From positions 4,384,001-4,448,000 of the forward strand of contig OZ254086.1 of the NCBI GenBank assembly GCA_965267575.1: DNA of 64,000 nucleotides, given 5' to 3'. The stretch's first letter is position 1. Each line of letters begins with the position of its first letter. Source of the DNA: Calditrichales bacterium. GTDB taxonomy: Bacteria > Calditrichota > Calditrichia > Calditrichales > J004. The notes beneath the pieces were generated by a model. It saw only the letters and a list, made by a program, of their open reading frames with translations, did not search any database and was not told the DNA's origin. Position numbers and translations under genes: made by a program. Positions 30,160 through 41,372 of this stretch are shown piece by piece.

Positions 30160-33100
30160 ATGAAAAAATTCTCCGTACTCTCAATACTTTTCCTTTGTTT
30201 TTTCGGACCGGAGCCTGTTCCCGGCTTTGAATCTTCGGGCTACCAGGCGGGTATTCCCTTTTACAGATCTTTCAGCGCGCGTGAGTATAATGCCGGCCCT
30301 CAAAACTGGTCGATCGTTCAGGATAAAGACGGGATCATATATGTGGCAAATTCCGAGGGTATCCTGGAATATGACGGCGAAAGATGGCGCCTGATCGAAA
30401 CGGAAGAACGATCGATCATCCTCGACCTGGCCATAGACGGCAATAACAACATTTTCGCTTCCTCAATCAGTGATTTCGGTATGCTGCATGCGGACAAAGA
30501 CGGACGCCTTAATTATGTTTCCCTGGCCGATACACTTTCCGAAATAGGCGCCGTCTGGAACGTTCACACAGCTAAAGATGCGGTCTATTTTATGGCCGAC
30601 TCGACGATCTTCCGCTATAAGGATTTTCGTCTTAAACGCTTTGAGATGAAAACCCCGCTGAGCACATCGGCTGTTATTGACGGTGAGCTCTGGGTCTACG
30701 CACACGAAAGCTTTTGCCGCTTTACCGGAGATACCTTACAGAGTGTGCTGAAAGTGGAGGCCTTCCGGGAAGAGGGTATCCGCTTTATGCTGCCCCTCGC
30801 AAACGGAACGCCCAAAACAGAAAGGCTTCTCGTTGCGAGCCGGGGCAAGGGTCTCTATTACGTCGACCTGAAAAGCGGCAAGGCCGAGCGCTTTCGTACG
30901 GTGGCTGATGATCTGTTGAAGAACAACTTTATCTACCAGCTTGTGGCCCTGCGCGGAGAGCGTGTTGCCGTTGTGCTGGACCCGATCGGCATGATAGTTT
31001 TCGATAAACATGGCGCCATCGATTACATCTTTGACCTGGAGTCGGACATCATCAGTCAGGCTGTATTAACGGCTTTTGTCGATCGTGACGACGGCCTGTG
31101 GATGGGACTTAACGACGGTATTGTGCGCTTTGAATACCCGTCGGACAGTTATATTATCGACCACCAGGCCGGGCTGCGCGGCGGTGTTTCCCGCGTGATC
31201 GAATTTAATGATAAAATCTACATTGGTACCTACAATAGGCTTTACTCGATCAATGGCGAAAACGATCCCGAAACGGCGCTGTCTGCCATTTCATCGGGCT
31301 CCCTTCAAAAACGCTTCGGCCTGCACCCTACAGATCTCCGGGCCTGGATATTCGATCTGCAAAGCAACGGCGAAGAGCTTTTTGTCGCGACCGATAAGGG
31401 GCTTTACCGCCTGTCAAAAAACGGAACGCAAAAAATTTTCCTTGAAGATGAGGTCATCTTTTCCGTGCGTATTTCGCAGTATCATAAAAGCCGCATTTAT
31501 GTCGCCACCGGAAGAGAGATTATTGTTATGAAAAAGGAAGGCAATGACTGGAAAAAGACGGCGTCGCTCGCCGCCGTGCCCGAGCAGGTAAACATGCTCG
31601 TTGAGTCCACGCCTCATGAATTGTGGGCAGACGTTTACGGTTTTGGCCTAATGCGCATAAGCTTTGACGAGTATGCGGATGCCCAAAAAGCGATCTACGA
31701 TACCAGCGCCGGACTACCGATGATGGTGGGTAATACGATTTCCAAAGACGGAGAATCTGTTTATTTCCCGACGCGCAACGGCCTTTACCGCTTTGACCGC
31801 CAGAGTGACCAGTTCTTCCCCGACACCATAAGCACTCCCGGCAGGTTATTGGGGCAAAGGGAGCTTTATGAAGTAAAAAAAGACCCCTTTGACAATTTCA
31901 TTGCCGTTGGAAATGATTCACTGTATTACCTGCGCCCGGACAGCAACGGCGCCATGATGCTGGACAGATCCTATTTTTCGAGACTGGCGGGCATACCCGT
32001 TACGGTAGTCTACAAAAACGGAAACGATAAGCTCTATATCGGAAGCGACGAAGGCCTTTTTGTTTTTGATCATGATGGCATGGTTAACGGGTCCGCTCAA
32101 TTCAGGACGCTCATACGCGGCATTAAACCCGGACAGGATTCTGTGTTTTTTGCCGGATATCAGGAAGCGCTCAAACTCAAGAAGAGAAACACTTTCGATT
32201 ACAGCTACAATACGTTGATCTTCAGCTGGACTGCGCCAACCTACAATGCGGAAGATAAAACGGTCTATTCACATTTTTTGGAAGGCGTAGATAAAAGCTG
32301 GTCGGTTTGGCACAAAAACAATCAGAAAGAATACAATAATCTGCGTGAAGGCACTTATACTTTTCACGTAAAGGCACGAAATCATGCCGGCTATATTTCG
32401 CCCCCGGCCTCTTACAGCTTTACGGTTCTGCCGCCGTGGTACCGATCCTGGTGGGCCTATATGCTCTACTCAATCATGGCTGTCAGCGCTGTGCTGGGCA
32501 TCGTTAAGCTACGTTCTGTCAATCTGGAGAAGCAGGTTAACGAACGTACCCGGGAACTGGTGCAGCAACGATCGCAGATTGAGCAACAAAAAGAGCAGTT
32601 ACAGAAAGCGAATACCTTGTTACGGGCGGCCAAAGAAGAAGCCGAAAACGCCGTCCTTGCAAAATCACTGTTTCTTGCCAATATGAGCCACGAGATACGC
32701 ACACCGTTGAATGGTGTCATCGGGATGAACAACCTGCTTCTGCAGACAAAGCTGAATAACGAACAGGAAGAACTCTCCAAAACGATACAGATCAGTGCCG
32801 AATCGCTTTTAAGCCTGGTGAATGACATTCTTGATTTTTCCAAGATCGAAGCCGGCAAAATGGAAATCGAAAACGTCGAATTCGACATCTATTCTCTGGT
32901 GGAAAGCATACGTGATATGCTCAAGGTAAAAGCCGAGGAAAAGCAGCTGCAAATTAAAATTGACATTGCCGAAGGCACACCGGCTAACGTTATCGGGGAT
33001 CCGACACGCCTGCGGCAGATATTGCTTAACTTTTGCGGCAATGCAATCAAATTTACGGAAGAGGGTTTTGTAAACCTCCGTTTAACCTATCGCGAAAGCA

Positions 33101-33801
33101 ACCAAAACGGGCAAAAGGAATTAAACGAGGCATTGTTCCTTTTTGAAGTAACGGATACGGGCGTCGGCATCCCGCAGGAAAAACTGGAAACTATATTTGA
33201 AAGCTTTTCTCAAGCTGATTCTTCCACAACACGCAAATATGGCGGCACAGGTCTCGGCCTTACAATTTCAAGATACTTGTCCGATCTGATGGGCGGCCAG
33301 ATTGGCGTAGAAAGCAGACAGGGAGAAGGATCTACTTTTTGGCTCAAAATTGCACTCCCGATCACGCGCAGAGAACGCAACAGGCCGGTATTGCGCCGAA
33401 CCACGGAGAGTCCGACTCAGCAGCTCAAGCGTATGAAAATATTGGTCGTGGAAGATAACAAGATCAATCAGAAAGTCACGCAGCGCATCCTGGAAAAAAT
33501 GGGCATCCTTGTGGAACTGGCTGATAACGGCAAACAGGCACTGGAACAATACGCCGCCAATGAATACAATCTAATTCTTATGGACGTGCAGATGCCGATT
33601 ATGGACGGCTATGAAGCCACACGCCTAATCCGTTCCCGCGAGAACGGCAACGGCAAACGCATCCCGATCGTCGCGCTTACCGCAAACGCCATAAAGGGCG
33701 ACCGCGAGATCTGTATCCAGGCCGGAATGGACGATTACCTGACCAAGCCTGTGCGGGAATCGGAACTGCTTAACCTTATCAAACGCTACGGCAGCAACTA
33801 G
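30160..33801 (+). CDS. Hybrid sensor histidine kinase/response regulator with beta-propeller and Y_Y_Y sensor
   Basis: [20 protein letters not shown]-box [16 protein letters not shown]-boxes DTGVGI and GGTGLGL, receiver [11 protein letters not shown]. Confidence 0.95.
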   Translation: MKKFSVLSILFLCFFGPEPVPGFESSGYQAGIPFYRSFSAREYNAGPQNWSIVQDKDGIIYVANSEGILEYDGERWRLIETEERSIILDLAIDGNNNIFASSISDFGMLHADKDGRLNYVSLADTLSEIGAVWNVHTAKDAVYFMADSTIFRYKDFRLKRFEMKTPLSTSAVIDGELWVYAHESFCRFTGDTLQSVLKVEAFREEGIRFMLPLANGTPKTERLLVASRGKGLYYVDLKSGKAERFRTVADDLLKNNFIYQLVALRGERVAVVLDPIGMIVFDKHGAIDYIFDLESDIISQAVLTAFVDRDDGLWMGLNDGIVRFEYPSDSYIIDHQAGLRGGVSRVIEFNDKIYIGTYNRLYSINGENDPETALSAISSGSLQKRFGLHPTDLRAWIFDLQSNGEELFVATDKGLYRLSKNGTQKIFLEDEVIFSVRISQYHKSRIYVATGREIIVMKKEGNDWKKTASLAAVPEQVNMLVESTPHELWADVYGFGLMRISFDEYADAQKAIYDTSAGLPMMVGNTISKDGESVYFPTRNGLYRFDRQSDQFFPDTISTPGRLLGQRELYEVKKDPFDNFIAVGNDSLYYLRPDSNGAMMLDRSYFSRLAGIPVTVVYKNGNDKLYIGSDEGLFVFDHDGMVNGSAQFRTLIRGIKPGQDSVFFAGYQEALKLKKRNTFDYSYNTLIFSWTAPTYNAEDKTVYSHFLEGVDKSWSVWHKNNQKEYNNLREGTYTFHVKARNHAGYISPPASYSFTVLPPWYRSWWAYMLYSIMAVSAVLGIVKLRSVNLEKQVNERTRELVQQRSQIEQQKEQLQKANTLLRAAKEEAENAVLAKSLFLANMSHEIRTPLNGVIGMNNLLLQTKLNNEQEELSKTIQISAESLLSLVNDILDFSKIEAGKMEIENVEFDIYSLVESIRDMLKVKAEEKQLQIKIDIAEGTPANVIGDPTRLRQILLNFCGNAIKFTEEGFVNLRLTYRESNQNGQKELNEALFLFEVTDTGVGIPQEKLETIFESFSQADSSTTRKYGGTGLGLTISRYLSDLMGGQIGVESRQGEGSTFWLKIALPITRRERNRPVLRRTTESPTQQLKRMKILVVEDNKINQKVTQRILEKMGILVELADNGKQALEQYAANEYNLILMDVQMPIMDGYEATRLIRSRENGNGKRIPIVALTANAIKGDREICIQAGMDDYLTKPVRESELLNLIKRYGSN

Positions 33802-33945
33802 CGTCTCACCTTATTCTATTTATTAATATTTTTTCCTTTTTTTGATCGTTTACACCCTGCATCACGTTTTATTTAATTCAGGAAACGCATCATGTCCAAC
33901 GTTTCCGGGATGGTGCGGGTTAATCTGCCCGCGATTAGCCGGCAA

Positions 33946-35121
33946 TCAATCTTTGTAAGGGTCTTTAATATCCGGCCCGGCCATGGCAACACCAATGGGC
34001 GTAAGCGTATGAATAATACGGATCGTTTTATCATGCCGGGCAAGCACCTCCGGTAAACGTTTATAGCAATGCGGCGATTCATCGGTATCCGCACCGCGCA
34101 GTTCCACGTTGCGATCATTCACCCACTGCTGCATCATCTTGCGGCTGATGATACCCGGCTTGATCACCTTGCCGCTTTTCCATTTACGTTTGCCGCGTGC
34201 CTGTGTGCGGCTCATAACACGGCCGGCGCCATGCACCGTGCTGTAAAGGGCCGTTTTGGATTCCGCTGAATCGATACCTTCCAGGATGACAGAAATATCG
34301 CCCATGCTGCCCCCTACAAAACCGCGCTGGCCGGGAAAAGCAGGCGTGGTACCCTTGCGCACCACCCAGTACTCTTTGCCGAAGTGCTTTTCCTTCCAGG
34401 CGAAGTTGTGGTGGTTGTGCACCTCTTCCTCGATTTTGGCGCCCAGCATGCCGGCCACAAAATCACAGACCCAGTCGCGCCCGGCATAAGCGTAGCGCCC
34501 GGCCAGCTTCATCGCTTTCAGATACTGTTCGCCCAAATCGGAACGCGTGCTGAGAATCAGCGGGTCCACATCCATGCCGTCTTTGGCGCCGCCTTTTTTT
34601 AAAAACCAGGTGGCCGTTTTATGCCCCAGACCGCGGGAACCAAAATGCACACCCACCCAGACACGATCCTGCTCGTCCGTAAACAGATCGACATAATGGT
34701 TGCCCGCGCCGATGGTGCCCAACTGGGAACGGGCCAATTCCTTTAGCGGTTTCAGTACGTCCATTGACCAGGCTTTGTCTTCGAACAGCTCATGATCAAC
34801 ATGCTGCTTGTTCTTCAAGCCGATACCAAAAGAGAGCTTGTCCCAGATATCATCCATGATGCCGCTGATGTTTTTCTTTACTTCAGCGGCATCTATATCC
34901 AGACGCACGGCTTTGTTGCCACAAGCAATATCATAGCCCACGCCGCTGGGACTGATCGCATCTTCATAAGCCAGCACACCACCTATTGGCACAGCGTAGC
35001 CCTTATGGTGGTCGGCCATAAGCGCCGCTTTTTCCGCGTTTTGCCTGCACCGTTTTATCTGGGAAAGGGAGTCTTTGTCAACCGGCTCCCCCCAAACCGG
35101 AATGTCGTCTATATATTTCAT
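33946..35121 (-). CDS. rtcB: RNA-splicing ligase RtcB
   Basis: GYDIACG, GTIGAGNHY, HFGSRGLG, HNHHN, RKG, HGAGR, DESPHCYK. Start placed at the ATG at 35121. Confidence 0.93.
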   Translation of the reverse strand: MKYIDDIPVWGEPVDKDSLSQIKRCRQNAEKAALMADHHKGYAVPIGGVLAYEDAISPSGVGYDIACGNKAVRLDIDAAEVKKNISGIMDDIWDKLSFGIGLKNKQHVDHELFEDKAWSMDVLKPLKELARSQLGTIGAGNHYVDLFTDEQDRVWVGVHFGSRGLGHKTATWFLKKGGAKDGMDVDPLILSTRSDLGEQYLKAMKLAGRYAYAGRDWVCDFVAGMLGAKIEEEVHNHHNFAWKEKHFGKEYWVVRKGTTPAFPGQRGFVGGSMGDISVILEGIDSAESKTALYSTVHGAGRVMSRTQARGKRKWKSGKVIKPGIISRKMMQQWVNDRNVELRGADTDESPHCYKRLPEVLARHDKTIRIIHTLTPIGVAMAGPDIKDPYKD

Positions 35122-35228
35122 AAAAAGTGTCAGTGATAATGTATCAGAAAAGGCCGTGCAAATTTCATGTAATGTTTTCACGGGACAGCCAATTCTGGTG
35201 TTCCGTATTTTTTTGAATTCGTGATTTC

Positions 35229-36128
35229 CTAGCTGGCCGCTAATTCAAAATGTACCAGGTAAGCGTTGGGTGCCCGTTCATTGACCAGCATTTTGGGATC
35301 AAGCGTATTGTAATAGCGGTTTATCCGCTTCAGGTCGTGAGTGCGGCCGCCAAGCTGCGCGTAATGCGTCATCATGACCAGCGCCAGTCCCGTGCTCTGC
35401 GTACCGTTCGCTTTAATACTATAGGTATAACCTTTCTTTTTGGCGTACGATTCAATCTGTTCCAGGCGCGGCAATGTACAATCAAGGTGTTCTTTGGCCC
35501 AGGATGCGCCGGTCAGCTCATAAACCATGGTCATGCGTTCGATTTCATTGCTGCCTTCGATGTGGAAAGGGTTTAAAATAAAAACGTGCCGGCGTCCGGT
35601 TTTACAAAGCTGGTCCAGAAACGCTTCGCGGTCATTTTCCGGGATATGCTCCAGCACGTGGCAGGCCACAACCACGTCAAAGCTGTTTTCCGTGAAAGGC
35701 AGCTCCAACCCGGAGATGCCGTTCACATCGGGCTCGGCAAGACAGTAAGAAAAATCCGGCACAAAACGCGACAACAACCCGTGCCCGCCCCCGATATCCA
35801 GCAAGGAGGTACCCGCTTTGGATTCTTTTTGCAGGATTGCATCGGCCAGACTGCGCATACGGTAATATTGATTATGATCCAGTTCTTCAAGCGCTGGTCT
35901 GTGTTGCTCCACCTGGGCCATCAGCTCATTCAGCTGGGGATGGTCGGCACCAAGATGTTTGGCGGTCTTTAGTTCGGCCATACCCAGATCCAGCTGTGCT
36001 TTGGAAAGACAGAATAAGCCAAAATCCAGATGCAACGGGGCGTCGGTTGGCTTTTTGCTCAGGGCATCGCGGTATTCAGTATGGCTTTGGAATCGCGGTT
36101 GAAAAGCAGGAGAGTCAGTTTGGGCCAT
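35229..36128 (-). CDS. Class I SAM-dependent methyltransferase with N-terminal TPR-like helices
   Basis: LLDIGGGHG, LPFTENSFDVVVACHVLEHIP. Start probably MAQTD at 36128. Confidence 0.8.
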   Translation of the reverse strand: MAQTDSPAFQPRFQSHTEYRDALSKKPTDAPLHLDFGLFCLSKAQLDLGMAELKTAKHLGADHPQLNELMAQVEQHRPALEELDHNQYYRMRSLADAILQKESKAGTSLLDIGGGHGLLSRFVPDFSYCLAEPDVNGISGLELPFTENSFDVVVACHVLEHIPENDREAFLDQLCKTGRRHVFILNPFHIEGSNEIERMTMVYELTGASWAKEHLDCTLPRLEQIESYAKKKGYTYSIKANGTQSTGLALVMMTHYAQLGGRTHDLKRINRYYNTLDPKMLVNERAPNAYLVHFELAAS

Positions 36129-36176
36129 TTTCAGTTCCTCTGTTTTAAAGGTCACAGGCCCATATTCGAACAATTT

Positions 36177-36968
36177 TCAGCGTTCTAAAAGTTCAGGCAG
36201 GTGTTCTTCCAAAGGTGCCATCGGAATGCGCGGGTCATGCATGCGCTGGTCATATACAAAGCTGTCGTCGGCAATGATGCGCGCCGGGCGGCCGTGACGT
36301 CTGTTCAACGCGTTCAAAACCTGGAAAAAGCTCCAGCGCGTGTTGGAGTCAAGCAGGTAAACATCGGGTTCCATTTTGCTTAGGCGGATCAGGGCATCTG
36401 CGGTGCTGTGCAAAAAGGCGCAGGCCGGCAGCCACTTGCGGCTGGCGCTAACCGCGCCATTGTCATCACGTTCGCTGAACAGGTAATCGACCATATTGTT
36501 GCTTCCCGGCGCCGAACCGATCTGCCAGCCAAGACGGGCGATATGCGCCCGCGGATAGACTTCCTGAACGGCCGCTTCGGCCTTCTTCTTGTCCAGGCCA
36601 TAGCCATCGTCCACTGTTGCCGACGACTGCGGGTCGTAGGGACCGTTCACACTTTCGCTGTACACCATCACCGAACTGGAAAAAACAAAGCGGATATCTT
36701 TTGCGGCAGCAAGCGCGGCCAGTTGACGCGGCCACTGAACATTCACTTTATTGCCTTCGTTTTCCATGCCGGTCGGCCGGGATGCAATGGCCAAATGGAA
36801 AATAATATCCGGCCCGGTTTTCTCAACAAAGTCACCTGTCTTCGCTTCATCCAGAACTGCGTACTTTCGACGATCCCATTTTGCCACACTGATGCCCTGG
36901 CGGCTTAACAGCGAAACAAGCGCCTGACCAACAGTACCCCCTGCCCCCGTTACAATAGCTTTTTTCAT
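36177..36968 (-). CDS. RmlD-like sugar-nucleotide reductase (SDR family)
   Basis: IVTGAGGTVG, HLA, SSVMVY, YGLDK. Confidence 0.8.
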   Translation of the reverse strand: MKKAIVTGAGGTVGQALVSLLSRQGISVAKWDRRKYAVLDEAKTGDFVEKTGPDIIFHLAIASRPTGMENEGNKVNVQWPRQLAALAAAKDIRFVFSSSVMVYSESVNGPYDPQSSATVDDGYGLDKKKAEAAVQEVYPRAHIARLGWQIGSAPGSNNMVDYLFSERDDNGAVSASRKWLPACAFLHSTADALIRLSKMEPDVYLLDSNTRWSFFQVLNALNRRHGRPARIIADDSFVYDQRMHDPRIPMAPLEEHLPELLER

Positions 36969-37033
36969 AGGCTTATCTCCATGTATTTCGGCTGATACGC
37001 GTTTTATTTTGTTTGGCTCCGAAAACCGGAAAT

Positions 37034-37860
37034 TTATGCGAAAAGCGCCAGCTCATCGCGGTAACGTCTCAAGGGTTCTTCAAATTCGGCAACGCAATAT
37101 CCCCGTTTGCGACGGCCTTCAATCACAATTTGCAATTTTTTGCATACTTCGCGTAGCGCCGCCTGGCGGAGTTCGCCGTTAAACGTGCTGTCCCGCAAAT
37201 GCTTCTCGATGGCCCGGATGCGCCACAGGTCCATCAGCGGCTGCTGCCGCGAAAGCTGATCCGCGTGTCCGCCATATTTTACGATACCCGCCTCATCATC
37301 CAGCCCGATCGGATACTGCCGCGTAATGCGCAGCCACAGGTCGTAATCTTCACAAACGGGAAAGTCCTCGTCAAAACCACCCATTTCTGCCCAGAGGCTT
37401 TTTTTAAACATCACCGCCGAGGGTGACACAATACACAAAGGCAGTGATTCGCGGAATATGAATCCGCCAAATTTACGATAGGATTGACCCGTTTACCGCG
37501 ACGCAGCCATATTTCCTGGCATTGCGCGATCTGCAGATCTGGCCGGGCCTTAAAAAACGCCGACTGCTTTTTCAGTTTGTGCACCATCCATTCGTCGTCA
37601 CTGTCCAGCAAGGCGATCCACTCACCCCGCGCTTTTTTGATACCACTATTGCGCGCCGCCGATACACCCCTGTTTGTGTTATGACGAATCATCTCAATCT
37701 GTCCGCCGTATTTTTGCAGACTTCGGACGGTGGTATCGCTGCTGCCGTCATCAACGACAATAATTTCCTGCGCGGGCCGGCTTTGACTCAGTACAGAATC
37801 TATGGCACGGCAAACCCTGCGCGGCCTGTTAAATACGGGAATCACCACGGAAACATTCAT
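37034..37860 (-). pseudogene. Glycosyltransferase family 2, frameshifted at about 37480/37481
   Basis: The N-terminal half (VSVVIPVFNR, VVDDGSSD, SAARN, LDSDD) reads to KRVNP. The C-terminal half YRKFGGFIFRESLPLCIVSPSAV..CEDYDLWLR continues in another frame. Confidence 0.8.
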
Positions 37861-37911
37861 GCGATTAAAATAAGTGATTAGAGGACTGCGGTAAAATGGA
37901 CGCTGAAAGGT

Positions 37912-37946
37912 AAAAAAAAAAGCCCCGGCTAACTCACAACCGGGGC
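37912..37946 (-). terminator. Rho-independent terminator
   Basis: GCCCCGG/CCGGGGC stem (37922-37946) followed by a long T-run on the minus strand. Confidence 0.85.
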
Positions 37947-37974
37947 CTTGGGGGCTTGATGAAAATCGTCTCGT

Positions 37975-38136
37975 CTAACTGAATAAACCCGAAATTGTTT
38001 GTACCAAAGCGGGTTTTGCTTTCTTTGTTATGCCTATATAAGCCTTTGTTAAAAGCTCCCTTGTTACATCATAAAACATATACGTAAAAGGAATTGCCAT
38101 AAAAAGAACGACTGCTACCTTTAATATCTGTTCCAT
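37975..38136 (-). CDS. Small membrane protein (53 aa)
   Basis: AAGGAG upstream of the ATG at 38136, hydrophobic N-terminus, terminator directly downstream. Confidence 0.65.
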   Translation of the reverse strand: MEQILKVAVVLFMAIPFTYMFYDVTRELLTKAYIGITKKAKPALVQTISGLFS

Positions 38137-38211
38137 CTTTGTCTCCTTGTTTTGAATGTTACCTACGGTCGACAAAGAGGATTGTTACACTCATGTCGAA
38201 ATTTTTTTGAC

Positions 38212-39732
38212 TCAATAAAGTCCGCCGGGCAAACCCTCACGAAAATCATCATCGTCGTCTCCGGTTTCGTCCAGCATGCTGCTCAGCATGTCGCGGAAGA
38301 AGAGACGCGCGTCCATCGGTGTTTTGCTCAGAAAAGAGTACTCGGCAAGGCCGAAAAGTACAAATTCCATAAGCAGCCATTTCTCCGCTTCCCCGGCTTT
38401 GGGGTGCGTTTTATCAACAATCTCTTTCAAGCCGCTAATGTTTTTCAGCGTATTCCGAAACTCTTTATCCGGCGCGTTGAGCATAAGTTCTAAACCTTCG
38501 CCGCGGCCAAACCATTCCACGATTTTTTCATAAGGATTGGTCATCTCCGTTTTTTTAATTTTTTCCGGATCGGGAAAATGCTTCTTAAAGTGACTGCGGA
38601 TGGCTTTATTGATAAGGATATGGGCGATCTTCAGCGGGCCTTCCTGCTCACCTTCGTAGACAAGCTCAACTTTACCGGTAATGGCCGCGATGACGCCGTA
38701 AAGGTCGACGATGCGCGCTGTGGTCTTGTCCTCGCCGTTAAGCAGCATGCGCCTTTCGGCCGCGCTGTACAGGTTTTCATACGCGGAGATCGTCAATCGC
38801 GCCGATACGCCACTGTTGGCGTCCACGTATTCGCTCTCACGGGCCTGGAAAGCCAGCTCCTCCAGCAAGTCTTTTAACAGATCAGGCACTTCCACGCTCT
38901 GTTGCTGGCCCGGCGTGATATGCGCTTCCTGCTCTGTAATTTTCCTGGACACATCCAAAGACCTCGGATAGTGCGTCAGTATCTGGCTGTCAATACGGTC
39001 TTTTAGCGGTGTTACGATTGCGCCGCGGTTGGTGTAATCTTCCGGGTTGGCCGTAAACACAAACTGTATGTCCAGCGGCAAACGCAGCTTAAACCCGCGT
39101 ATCTGGATGTCTTCTTCCTGTAGGATATTAAACAACGCCACCTGGATGCGCGCTTGCAGGTCGGGCAGCTCGTTGATAACAAAAATGGAGCGGTGCGAGC
39201 GCGGGATAAGCCCAAAGTGAATCACCCGTTCATCGGAATAATGCAGCTTCATTGAGGCTGCTTTGATGGGGTCAACATCACCGATCAGGTCGGCAACAGT
39301 CACATCGGGTGTGGCCAGCTTTTCGGCATAGCGCAGATCACGATGTACCCATTCGATGGGCGTGTCGTCGCCCTTTTCAGCGATCAGATCACGAGCAAAG
39401 CGCGAAATGGGTTTAAAGGGGTCGTCATTCAGCTCGGAGCCTGCCACAACCGGAATATATTCATCGAGCAGGTTATGCATTAATCGCGCCATGCGTGTTT
39501 TTGCCTGACCGCGCAATCCCAAAAATATGATATTGTGACGCGAAAGAATAGCCCGCTGCAAATCGGGGATCACCGTTTCCTCGTAGCCGATAATGCCGGT
39601 AAAGGGATGGCGTTTTTCACGCAGCGCGCAGATCAGGTTATCACGCATTTCCAGCTTTATCGGTTTGGTCTGATAGCCGGATGCTTTAAGCTGTCCGAAC
39701 GTGTTGATTTTCTCATAATGGATATGGGGCAT
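38212..39732 (-). CDS. AAA+ ATPase (MoxR/magnesium-chelatase ChlI-like)
   Basis: Walker A-like GLRGQAKT, Walker B IFVINE, TANPEDYTNRG. Start placed at the ATG at 39732. Confidence 0.88.
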   Translation of the reverse strand: MPHIHYEKINTFGQLKASGYQTKPIKLEMRDNLICALREKRHPFTGIIGYEETVIPDLQRAILSRHNIIFLGLRGQAKTRMARLMHNLLDEYIPVVAGSELNDDPFKPISRFARDLIAEKGDDTPIEWVHRDLRYAEKLATPDVTVADLIGDVDPIKAASMKLHYSDERVIHFGLIPRSHRSIFVINELPDLQARIQVALFNILQEEDIQIRGFKLRLPLDIQFVFTANPEDYTNRGAIVTPLKDRIDSQILTHYPRSLDVSRKITEQEAHITPGQQQSVEVPDLLKDLLEELAFQARESEYVDANSGVSARLTISAYENLYSAAERRMLLNGEDKTTARIVDLYGVIAAITGKVELVYEGEQEGPLKIAHILINKAIRSHFKKHFPDPEKIKKTEMTNPYEKIVEWFGRGEGLELMLNAPDKEFRNTLKNISGLKEIVDKTHPKAGEAEKWLLMEFVLFGLAEYSFLSKTPMDARLFFRDMLSSMLDETGDDDDDFREGLPGGLY

Positions 39733-39745
39733 CTTCTCTCCCGTT

Positions 39746-40843
39746 TTAACGTGTGCGTTTTCTACGGTTGCGGATGTAATCTTCAAAAATGTATTCGCCC
39801 AAACCGCGCAGGCTGCTGTAAAACGCCCGCCCGTGATTAATGCGCGTAAAGTCCTGGACAAAGCGCTGCAGATACGGGTCGCGGGCAATCATGAATGTCG
39901 TGATCGGAATATTCAGCCGGCGGCAGCGCGCGGCCTGTGTTAACGTTCTGTTCACAATTTTGCGGTCCAGCCCGAAGCTGTTTTTGTAAAACCTGCCGTT
40001 TTCATACAGGCACGTGGGCTTACCGTCGGTGATCATAAAGATCTGCTTGTTGGCTGTTTTACGGCGACGCAGGATATCCATGGCCAGTTGCAGCCCGGCG
40101 TGTGTATTGGTGTGGTAAGGCCCCACCTGCAGGTAAGGCAGATCCTTTATTTCAATGGGCCAGGCCTGATTGCCAAAAACGATAATGTCTAGGGTGTCTT
40201 TGGGATAGCGTGTTGTGATCAGCTCGGCCAGGGCCATGGCCGTTTTTTTGGCCGGCGTGATGCGGTCTTCGCCATAAAGGATCATCGAGTGGGAAATGTC
40301 AATCATCAGCACGGTGGAGGTAGTGGTTTTATACTCACGCTCCTGCACAACAAGGTCATCTTCAGTGAGCATAAAGTCATCCACACCGTGATTTATCTGG
40401 GCATTGCGCAAAGATGACGTGGAGTCGATCTGCTCGGGCTCGTCACCAAAACTGTAATGACGCCTGTCTGCCGTGGCTTCATCGCCGGCCCCGCTAAAGG
40501 GTGTGCGGTGGTTGCCGCGATTGCCTTTGCGCAGCTTGCCGAATATCTCTTCCAGCGAGCGGCGGCGGATGGTTTGCCCTGCCTTGCCCTTAACACTGAA
40601 CATACCGCTGGCCGGATCTTCATCGATATAGCCCTCTTTTTTGAGGTCTTCAATGAAATCTCCCATGCCGTACTCGTCGTTGGTCAGCCCGTGTTTCTCA
40701 TCCAGTTGGTTCATCCAGTTCAAAGCCTCATTAACGTCGCCGCCGGTATGCTGCAACAGCTGCAGGAAAATATCAAGCAACTGCTCAAATAGCGGACGGT
40801 TATCCGGCGAAGGTTTGAACTGGTCAAAAAATATACTGCGCAT
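39746..40843 (-). CDS. VWA domain protein
   Basis: MIDAS motif DISHS, TNT, ITDGKPT. Confidence 0.88.
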   Translation of the reverse strand: MRSIFFDQFKPSPDNRPLFEQLLDIFLQLLQHTGGDVNEALNWMNQLDEKHGLTNDEYGMGDFIEDLKKEGYIDEDPASGMFSVKGKAGQTIRRRSLEEIFGKLRKGNRGNHRTPFSGAGDEATADRRHYSFGDEPEQIDSTSSLRNAQINHGVDDFMLTEDDLVVQEREYKTTTSTVLMIDISHSMILYGEDRITPAKKTAMALAELITTRYPKDTLDIIVFGNQAWPIEIKDLPYLQVGPYHTNTHAGLQLAMDILRRRKTANKQIFMITDGKPTCLYENGRFYKNSFGLDRKIVNRTLTQAARCRRLNIPITTFMIARDPYLQRFVQDFTRINHGRAFYSSLRGLGEYIFEDYIRNRRKRTR

Positions 40844-40926
40844 ACATTTGCCTTTATTTTATGGCACTGCAAACACGATTTTAAAGTGGATTATTCTCGG
40901 GACTATATTAAAGGTTCACCGAAAAA

Positions 40927-41322
40927 TTATTGTCCCGGAAAGGTAAGTAAAGTATCAAGATTTGTACTGCGGCCGACAAAGCGCACCACAAAGTCACCGG
41001 ACCTGTCGAGGGGAATCGTCACGTTGGCTTCGATCTGGGCCAGCACCTGGATGCAGTTTACTTCGGGGTCGGTCTGGACAAAAATCGAAACAAATATGCT
41101 GTCGCCGGTTTCATTGAAACGGACATCGGCGCGGTCGAATTCATAGCAGGGATTGGGCACGGTGGCCGTAACACGCGTCTCGATCATAGAGCTATTCTGC
41201 TGTAGCACTTCTACGCTATCCACGTGATAAACCAACCTGGATATTTTGTCATCGGAACGGTCTTCTCCAAAGCTGCAGCTTAAAAGCAGCAGAGCAACAA
41301 TCAAGGGGATTAGTTTCAACAT
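40927..41322 (-). CDS. Hypothetical lipoprotein
   Basis: Lipobox LLLSC and a Cys pair (PNPC, CIQV). Confidence 0.7.
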   Translation of the reverse strand: MLKLIPLIVALLLLSCSFGEDRSDDKISRLVYHVDSVEVLQQNSSMIETRVTATVPNPCYEFDRADVRFNETGDSIFVSIFVQTDPEVNCIQVLAQIEANVTIPLDRSGDFVVRFVGRSTNLDTLLTFPGQ

Positions 41323-41372
41323 GCGATCCTCATTCTTTTTTAATGCCGGCAGCCCTTTCCCAGGCTGTGCGG

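Noticed and set aside
38212..39888. Long overlap between the AAA+ ORF and the VWA gene
   Set aside because: An artefact of choosing the most upstream start; the ATG at 39732 with a GGAG RBS removes the overlap.
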